Shown: positions 58,700-64,000 of the stretch, in pieces
Position numbering within the stretch: the stretch's first letter is position 1
Layout: each line of letters begins with the position of its first letter
IMG/VR virus record: IMGVR_UViG_3300037751_000382
Span: 2,619 to 66,618 of that record
Reading direction: 5' to 3' (one strand)
DNA: 64,000 bases
Source: a virus
Taxonomy: Duplodnaviria; Heunggongvirae; Uroviricota; Caudoviricetes
Notes under the pieces: model-generated
What the model saw: only the letters and a program-made list of their open reading frames with translations
What the model was told of the DNA's origin: nothing
The model's database searches: none
Translations under genes and position numbers: made by a program

Positions 58700-59055
58700 A
58701 TGGACCAGAGTGGAAAATACAAAAGGACTTTACGAAATTTCTAGAAGATCGAAACTGGCACGTTGAACGTCTTATAGGACACAGTTTACAAGTAGGTATC
58801 CCGGATATATACATCGCCCATAAAAAATACGGGCAAAAATGGGTTGACATTAAGCAAAAAGAACACTATAATTTTACAGCGGCACAAAGATGGAAGTGGC
58901 CAATTTGGGATTCATTTGGAATCGGTATATGGATCATAACAGCATCTACTGAAGAAGAGTATCAAAAATTATTCGGACCTCCGAATTGGAGAAATTACTG
59001 GAAAGAGAGTTACAATGAACGAAGTATTGAAAACGCATTCAAAGACTTACAATGA
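58700..59055 (+). pseudogene. VRR-NUC family PD-(D/E)XK nuclease, frameshifted 1 codon after its ATG
   Basis: The frame open from the HNH stop to 59055 encodes GPEWKIQKDFTKFLEDRNWHVERL...GIPDIYIAH...WVDIKQKEHYNFTAAQRWKW (VRR-NUC D, E-x-K, Q..W motifs) but contains no ATG. The only ATG (58700) is in the +1 frame. catgGGacc instead of catgGGGacc would give MGPEWKIQ... Confidence 0.5.
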
Positions 59056-59611
59056 AAAATTGAAGATTTACGTAGATATGGATGGTGTACTTACGGATAT
59101 GGTTCCCGCTGCTTTGGAGTGGTACGGAGTAGATGATTATACTGATGATATGTGGCCCGAAGAAGCTGGTTATGATATTGTGAAAGCTTATCATATTTTA
59201 ACACGTAAAAATTATATAAAGGAGAATTATTTCTGGAGAGGATTGACACAAGATTTTTGGGCCACAATTCCCAAGACACCTTTTTGTGATGAACTTATTG
59301 ATTTTCTTCTTAGTAATTATTCTAAGGTTTATGTGTGTACGAGCTGTACTTTTGATCCTGAATCGGCAGCTGGTAAATTAGAGTGGATTCAAAAGTTTCT
59401 TCCTGAATGTTTACATCGGAACTATATAATTACTCCTCATAAATATCTGTTAGCAAAATCAGATAGTGTATTAATTGATGACTGTGACTCTCATACTGAG
59501 GATTTTGAAAAGTATGGTGGCCATAATAGTATTCTGGTGCCCAGGCCTTGGAATAAAAACAAAGAGAACCACTTAAATCCATTTGAGTATATTCTTAAGG
59601 CTCTAGGGTAA
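59015..59611 (+). CDS. 5'(3')-deoxyribonucleotidase (HAD superfamily, NT5C-like)
   Basis: HAD motif I KIYVDMDGVLTDM. Size and layout of phage/Bacillus YorS-like deoxynucleotidases. Confidence 0.65.
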   Translation: MNEVLKTHSKTYNEKLKIYVDMDGVLTDMVPAALEWYGVDDYTDDMWPEEAGYDIVKAYHILTRKNYIKENYFWRGLTQDFWATIPKTPFCDELIDFLLSNYSKVYVCTSCTFDPESAAGKLEWIQKFLPECLHRNYIITPHKYLLAKSDSVLIDDCDSHTEDFEKYGGHNSILVPRPWNKNKENHLNPFEYILKALG

Positions 59612-59616
59612 TTTAA

Positions 59617-60078
59617 ATGAATATTTATATACAACCTAATAATCATTCATGTTTAATTACTTCTTCAGCTATGTTGCTAAAAACACCTGTAGAAAATTTA
59701 ATTAGACAAATAGGCCACGATGGCTCAGAACTTATAAATGGTAATCCTAGAGGGCACCACATTCAGGAGATAATTGACCTTTTGGATAATATTCATTGTT
59801 CACTTACTCCTATTCAATTTGAACCTGAGTATAGGGCTTCAGTGGATTCTGTAGCTTATCCCTTGAAAGTTAGAGAATATAGTCGTTTAGAACAACATTT
59901 AGAGGGCGATGGTTTACTAACAGGTAGAAGAGGTAATGTAGGACATTGCTGTGCCTATGTGAAGGGTTTAGTTTTTGATCCAATGAGTTGTTCAAAAACT
60001 ACAGTTTACCCTATAATTGATTGTGCTTTAAATAATTTTTTCCCGACTATTTTTTGGAAGTTAAATGTACACGATTAG
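59617..60078 (+). CDS. papain-fold cysteine peptidase-like protein (C39-like; weak)
   Basis: N-terminal QPNNHSCLITSSAMLL (Gln...Cys) and C-terminal GNVGHCCAYVKGLVFDP (His...Asp). Confidence 0.3.
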   Translation: MNIYIQPNNHSCLITSSAMLLKTPVENLIRQIGHDGSELINGNPRGHHIQEIIDLLDNIHCSLTPIQFEPEYRASVDSVAYPLKVREYSRLEQHLEGDGLLTGRRGNVGHCCAYVKGLVFDPMSCSKTTVYPIIDCALNNFFPTIFWKLNVHD

Positions 60079-60742
60079 ACTATCAAAGAACCAAGTATAT
60101 AAACATAAAAGATTTAAGCATCCTTTATTAAATGATCTTATATCCTATTCACTTGAAGAGATTACTCCTTTAGTTGAAAGAAAATTAAATGGGGGTAATA
60201 GTGAAGAATTAATATTAGCTTTACGCTTAATTTTAAAGATTTTAATTGAAAATTATCTTTATTATTGGCCGGAAACTAGACGAATGATCGATGATATGGT
60301 TAGTGTTGGATTTGTCGCTTTAACCACATTAGTTAACAATTTAACTAAAGAGGAACTTGAAAATAGGGATATTTTCAAATTAACATCTATACGTATCCGT
60401 AGAGCTATTGAGTGTTTTGTAAATACAGAAAGAGGTATTTGTTTACCTTCTTTGCCACAGCAAGATCGTTTAAAAAGAAAAAAAGTAGAATTTAAAGGAT
60501 TCACAGAAATAGTTGATAAAAGTATCTATGACAAACCGATTGAGAATACTGATATAGATATCATTGATACATTGGGCACTTTGAAAAAATTGGCAGGTGA
60601 TGATGAAATTTATACTACGATATTGAAAGAAGAAAATTATTCAAAAACCGCTAAGGAATTAGAATCTGAACTAGGGGTAACGAAAGATAAAATTAAATCT
60701 AAAAGACGAATGTTACATAAAAGGTATAAAAATGAGAGGTAG
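60065..60742 (+). CDS. sigma-70 family (ECF-like) RNA polymerase sigma factor candidate
   Basis: Region-2-like helical segment. C-terminal region-4-like HTH YSKTAKELESELGVTKDKIKSKRRMLHKRY. Confidence 0.4.
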   Translation: MYTIRLSKNQVYKHKRFKHPLLNDLISYSLEEITPLVERKLNGGNSEELILALRLILKILIENYLYYWPETRRMIDDMVSVGFVALTTLVNNLTKEELENRDIFKLTSIRIRRAIECFVNTERGICLPSLPQQDRLKRKKVEFKGFTEIVDKSIYDKPIENTDIDIIDTLGTLKKLAGDDEIYTTILKEENYSKTAKELESELGVTKDKIKSKRRMLHKRYKNER

Positions 60743-60757
60743 TTATGAGGTGTAATT

Positions 60758-61819
60758 ATGAAACGTGAATTTTTAATGTTGGCTAATAAACTTACTCCAA
60801 AGCACAATGTTGCGGGTTGGTACGTAAGCCGTAAACTTGATGGTACTCGAGCATTTTGGGATGGTGGTGTCAGTAGAGATAAACTAGTAACTGATGTGCC
60901 TTATGCCAATATTTATCACCATGTGACCGGTGAACTTAAAGTGGAGGGAAGTGATAAAGCTACTGGTTTATGGTCACGATATGGAAATGTAATACACGCG
61001 CCTGATTGGTTCCTTAATCAGTTACCGTGTTGCTTTTTAGATGGTGAATTGTGGCTTGGACAGGGAAGTTTTCAAGAGTGTCGATCTATTGTTTCTAGGG
61101 ATATTCCTGATGATCGTTGGGATAAAGTTAAGTTTGTGGTGTTTGGTTCGCCGTCTTTAGGAGAATTATTTAAAAGTGGAGAAATAAAGAATCCACAATT
61201 TACTAGGAACATTAGTAAAATAAAGTGTGAAGAATTTTTATTACAATACTCTGGCGATTTTAACTGTGTAAAAGATAACTCTACTTTCGAGGATGAATTA
61301 ACATTTCTCAGTGACGCTATGCTATCAGAAGGACCTGCTTATCTACACAGACAAGTAAAATTAGGCGATAATCCTTGGCCGGAAATAGAAATTGAGATGG
61401 AAAAAGCATTAGCTAATGGAGATGAAGGTTTAGTTTTAAGAGCCCCCAATAAACCTTGGACTCCGAAGCGAGTAAGTTTGCTATTGAAATTTAAACCCTT
61501 CCTGGACGATGAAGCCATGATCACAGGATTTATTAGTGGTAAGGAAACAGATAAAGGATCAAAGTTACAAGGTTTAATTGGAGCCATTATAACAAATTAT
61601 AAAGGAAAAAGATTAGAACTTTCAGGGTTCACAAATGAAGAAAGACTTTTCCTCAATTCTCAGATGGAGGACTATGCTAAAGAGTTTCCAGGTTTGGATA
61701 TGCCGGACTTTTTCCAAGGAAAGCATTTTAAGGTGGGTGAAAAAGTTACATTTAAATATCGTGAGTTAAGTGATGGTGGGATTCCCAAGGAAGCTAGATA
61801 TTGGAGAAAATATGTGTAA
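60758..61819 (+). CDS. ATP-dependent DNA ligase
   Basis: Adenylation motif I SRKLDGTRAF (KxDG). Motif IV/V-like EGLVLRAPNKPWTPKRVSLLLKFKP. Confidence 0.75.
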   Translation: MKREFLMLANKLTPKHNVAGWYVSRKLDGTRAFWDGGVSRDKLVTDVPYANIYHHVTGELKVEGSDKATGLWSRYGNVIHAPDWFLNQLPCCFLDGELWLGQGSFQECRSIVSRDIPDDRWDKVKFVVFGSPSLGELFKSGEIKNPQFTRNISKIKCEEFLLQYSGDFNCVKDNSTFEDELTFLSDAMLSEGPAYLHRQVKLGDNPWPEIEIEMEKALANGDEGLVLRAPNKPWTPKRVSLLLKFKPFLDDEAMITGFISGKETDKGSKLQGLIGAIITNYKGKRLELSGFTNEERLFLNSQMEDYAKEFPGLDMPDFFQGKHFKVGEKVTFKYRELSDGGIPKEARYWRKYV

Positions 61820-61910
61820 AAGTAAAATTGGATATCTTAAGGAAATTATAAAACTTCTTAATGAAATTAAAACCCTTTTAATCATTTACAAACCACATTA
61901 AGGAAACAAA

Positions 61911-62885
61911 ATGAAACAACTAAAACATTTATCACCCACATCTCTTGGACTGTGGGAACAAGATCGTGAACAATTTTACATGAAGTATTTAGCAGAAGGC
62001 ACAGAACGTAAAGATAGTCAATCACCAGCGGCTAGTGTAGGTAGTTCATTTGATGCATATATAAAGAGTGATTTATATAAAAGTTTAATAGGTAAAAATG
62101 ATCCTAAATATTCTTTTGAAAATCTATTTGAAACTCAAGTGGAACCTCAGAACAGGGATTTTGCGCTAAACGCGGGGAAGCATTGTTTTGATTGCTATAT
62201 TCATTCAGGAGCCTATTCAGATTTAATTGATGATCTTGAACAAAGTAAATATGAACCTCAGTTTGAATTTACATTGGAGGGAGAAATTGAAAGGGTCCCT
62301 TTGATAGGTAAGCCTGATCTTAGGTACATTCACTGGACCGATGCTGATATTATTTTTGACTGGAAGGTAAATGGATATTGCTCAAAAGGAAACACATCAC
62401 CAGCTAAACTATACTCCATGGTCAAGGATGGTCAAGACGGAAAGCCAAGCAGGAATAACGGACAAGCACATCCTGATTTTGTGCCTTTTAATTATAATGG
62501 ATTTAAAATAGGTTCTCATTATCTGGAAGATGTTAATAAGGATTGGGGAACACAATTAAGTATTTATTCTTGGTTACTTGGTGAATCTATAGGATCAGAA
62601 GATTTCATTGTTAGGATTGATCAACTGTGTTGTAAAGAAAATAAAAATGGAAATCCGTTCTTGCGTGTAGCCAATCAATATGCTAGAATTTCTAAAGACT
62701 TCCAAGTAACACTTTTAACAAGACTACAAGATTGTTGGAGAGTTATTAATAGTGGACATATTTTTCAAGAATTAACTTTAGAGGAAAGTGAAGAGAAATG
62801 CGAACTTCTGGATCAGATGGCAACGATACAAGATCAATCATTACAGGAACTAAGGGATCAGTCAAAAAGGGGTTGGAAGGGATAA
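61911..62885 (+). CDS. PD-(D/E)XK family nuclease (RecB/Cas4-like fold) with Cys cluster
   Basis: N-terminal LSPTSLGLWEQDREQFYMKY. Core GKPDLRYI...IIFDWKVNGY (D...D-x-K). Cysteines CFDC and CC. Confidence 0.45.
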   Translation: MKQLKHLSPTSLGLWEQDREQFYMKYLAEGTERKDSQSPAASVGSSFDAYIKSDLYKSLIGKNDPKYSFENLFETQVEPQNRDFALNAGKHCFDCYIHSGAYSDLIDDLEQSKYEPQFEFTLEGEIERVPLIGKPDLRYIHWTDADIIFDWKVNGYCSKGNTSPAKLYSMVKDGQDGKPSRNNGQAHPDFVPFNYNGFKIGSHYLEDVNKDWGTQLSIYSWLLGESIGSEDFIVRIDQLCCKENKNGNPFLRVANQYARISKDFQVTLLTRLQDCWRVINSGHIFQELTLEESEEKCELLDQMATIQDQSLQELRDQSKRGWKG

Positions 62886-63340
62886 TGATTCGCTCGGCTA
62901 ATAAACAGGACATTTCTTCTATCCATCATTTGGATATTAAAAGTTATGATTATCCAATGGAAATTGAATTCTTTAGGACTAAGTTTAGTGAAGAGGAAGA
63001 TGTTCCCTGTAAGGCTTATTTAGCTATCATTCAAAACAAGTCTGTTGGCTATATTATGTTAAGTGGCACAGAGATATTAAGATTGTGTGTTACACCTAAA
63101 TTTCAACGAAAAGGAATAGGAACAGCTGTACTAAATCATGCTGAAAATAATTTACGAAATGCCGGTTTTAGGTCCGTAAGTATAGTGGTGCCGGAATGTC
63201 ATTGTAATAAGGATAATCCGGATGATGTAAGTGTGTTTCTTCTTGGAAACGATTACTTGGCTAAAGAAATTTTGTGGAATAAATTTGACATGTACGGACG
63301 CAATTGGGATGGGTATAAATTTACGAAAGGTTTAAAATGA
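62885..63340 (+). CDS. GNAT family N-acetyltransferase
   Basis: Motif A RLCVTPKFQRKGIGTAVL (Q/R-x-x-G-x-G/A). Confidence 0.6.
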   Translation: MIRSANKQDISSIHHLDIKSYDYPMEIEFFRTKFSEEEDVPCKAYLAIIQNKSVGYIMLSGTEILRLCVTPKFQRKGIGTAVLNHAENNLRNAGFRSVSIVVPECHCNKDNPDDVSVFLLGNDYLAKEILWNKFDMYGRNWDGYKFTKGLK

Positions 63341-63576
63341 ATTGGCTTCAAGATAATTACTTGGCATATAAGAACAGACAATTAAAAAGGAAGTTACTTA
63401 GGGACGGTGTTATTGAGAATCGAAGGGAACTATTATGGGATTACACTGTAAATGGTAAAGCTGGGCAAGTTAAAGCTTTCAACAGATCAGAAGCCAATGC
63501 TAGAGTGAAAGATTTGTTAGGAATTAAAGAAAGATTACCTAAAGAAGCAATTGTCACTTTAAATGAAAACCATTAA
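63337..63576 (+). CDS. hypothetical protein
   Basis: 79-aa ORF, ATGA-coupled to the GNAT gene. Confidence 0.3.
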   Translation: MNWLQDNYLAYKNRQLKRKLLRDGVIENRRELLWDYTVNGKAGQVKAFNRSEANARVKDLLGIKERLPKEAIVTLNENH

Positions 63577-64000
63577 TTTAACACAAGGACAATTTACTAT
63601 TGTAAGTGACAAGTATTATAAATACTTGATCCAATGGAAATGGTGGGCTAAGAAAGTAATAAGTGGAAAGTTTTACGTTGTTCGCAATGAACGGGTAAAC
63701 GGTAAAAATAAAACTATTTACATGCATAGAGTAATAGCAGAACTTATGGATTTAGATTTAAGTTGTGATATTGATCACAAAGATAGGGACAGTTTAAATA
63801 ATACTTGTGAAAATTTAAGGTCTGCCACTAAAAGTGGAACTTGTCAAAATAGAGGCAAACAGAGAAATAATACTTCAGGACATCCAGGAGTTTCTTGGCG
63901 TAAGAAAAAGGTAAAATGGGAAGCATATATAAGAGTTAACCATAAACGAAAACATTTAGGCTATTTTGATAACATGGAGGAAGCAGCTAAAGTTTACGAG
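63563..64000 (+). CDS. HNH endonuclease with AP2 domain (3' end beyond the window)
   Basis: HRVIAELMDLDLSCDIDHKDRDSLNNTCENLR (HNH) then SGHPGVSWRKKKVKWEAYIRVNHKRKHLGYFDNMEEAAKVY (AP2). Paralog of 48439-48954. Confidence 0.55.
   Translation, partial: MKTINLTQGQFTIVSDKYYKYLIQWKWWAKKVISGKFYVVRNERVNGKNKTIYMHRVIAELMDLDLSCDIDHKDRDSLNNTCENLRSATKSGTCQNRGKQRNNTSGHPGVSWRKKKVKWEAYIRVNHKRKHLGYFDNMEEAAKVYE

Noticed and set aside
1-64000. Integrase, attP or lysogeny module.
   Set aside because: No tyrosine or serine recombinase motifs or repressor/Cro pair were seen. The genome looks strictly lytic within this window.

Overview
The window looks like most of a lytic, AT-rich (roughly 35% GC) tailed-phage genome. 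No integrase or att site is present, and the long tape-measure gene with no sheath gene suggests a siphovirus. Three blocks are visible. Positions 250-5700 hold secreted and membrane accessory genes: two signal-peptide proteins whose 5' ends are built from 15-bp tandem repeats, a Tat-signal papain-like peptidase, and a membrane thioredoxin. Positions 5750-32300 are the + strand morphogenesis block: TerL, portal, scaffold, a conspicuously GC-rich major capsid gene followed by a strong terminator, tail genes, a 1030-aa tape measure, tandem paralogous distal tail genes and a 988-aa tail protein. Positions 32400-64000 are the DNA replication and nucleotide-metabolism block. A minus-strand unit (DEDDh exonuclease, primase-polymerase/SF3 helicase, dATP/dGTP-pyrophosphohydrolase-like) reads away from an origin-like intergenic region at 36953-37388. 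The + strand then carries ParB-like nuclease, an N-deoxyribosyltransferase-like protein, ThyX, SNF2 helicase, metallophosphoesterase, class II RNR, dUTPase, dCMP deaminase, family A DNA polymerase, 5'-deoxyribonucleotidase, sigma factor, ATP-dependent ligase, a PD-(D/E)XK nuclease and GNAT. The most unusual content is: (1) a TylCIII-type NDP-hexose C-methyltransferase immediately followed by an OGT-like GT41 glycosyltransferase (45342-48442), a probable glycosylation module of unknown target; (2) at least 11 HNH homing-endonuclease genes, including a 7-member endonuclease VII family with a shared zinc ribbon and variable KxYYxxN repeats, of which three members plus a VRR-NUC gene carry single-base indels in homopolymer tracts; (3) a 56-aa Trp/Asp/Glu-only protein that looks like a DNA mimic; (4) a large nucleotide-pool remodelling gene set. 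No tRNA, CRISPR array or reverse transcriptase was found by eye. All calls rest on motif recognition from the six-frame translations and were not checked against any database.
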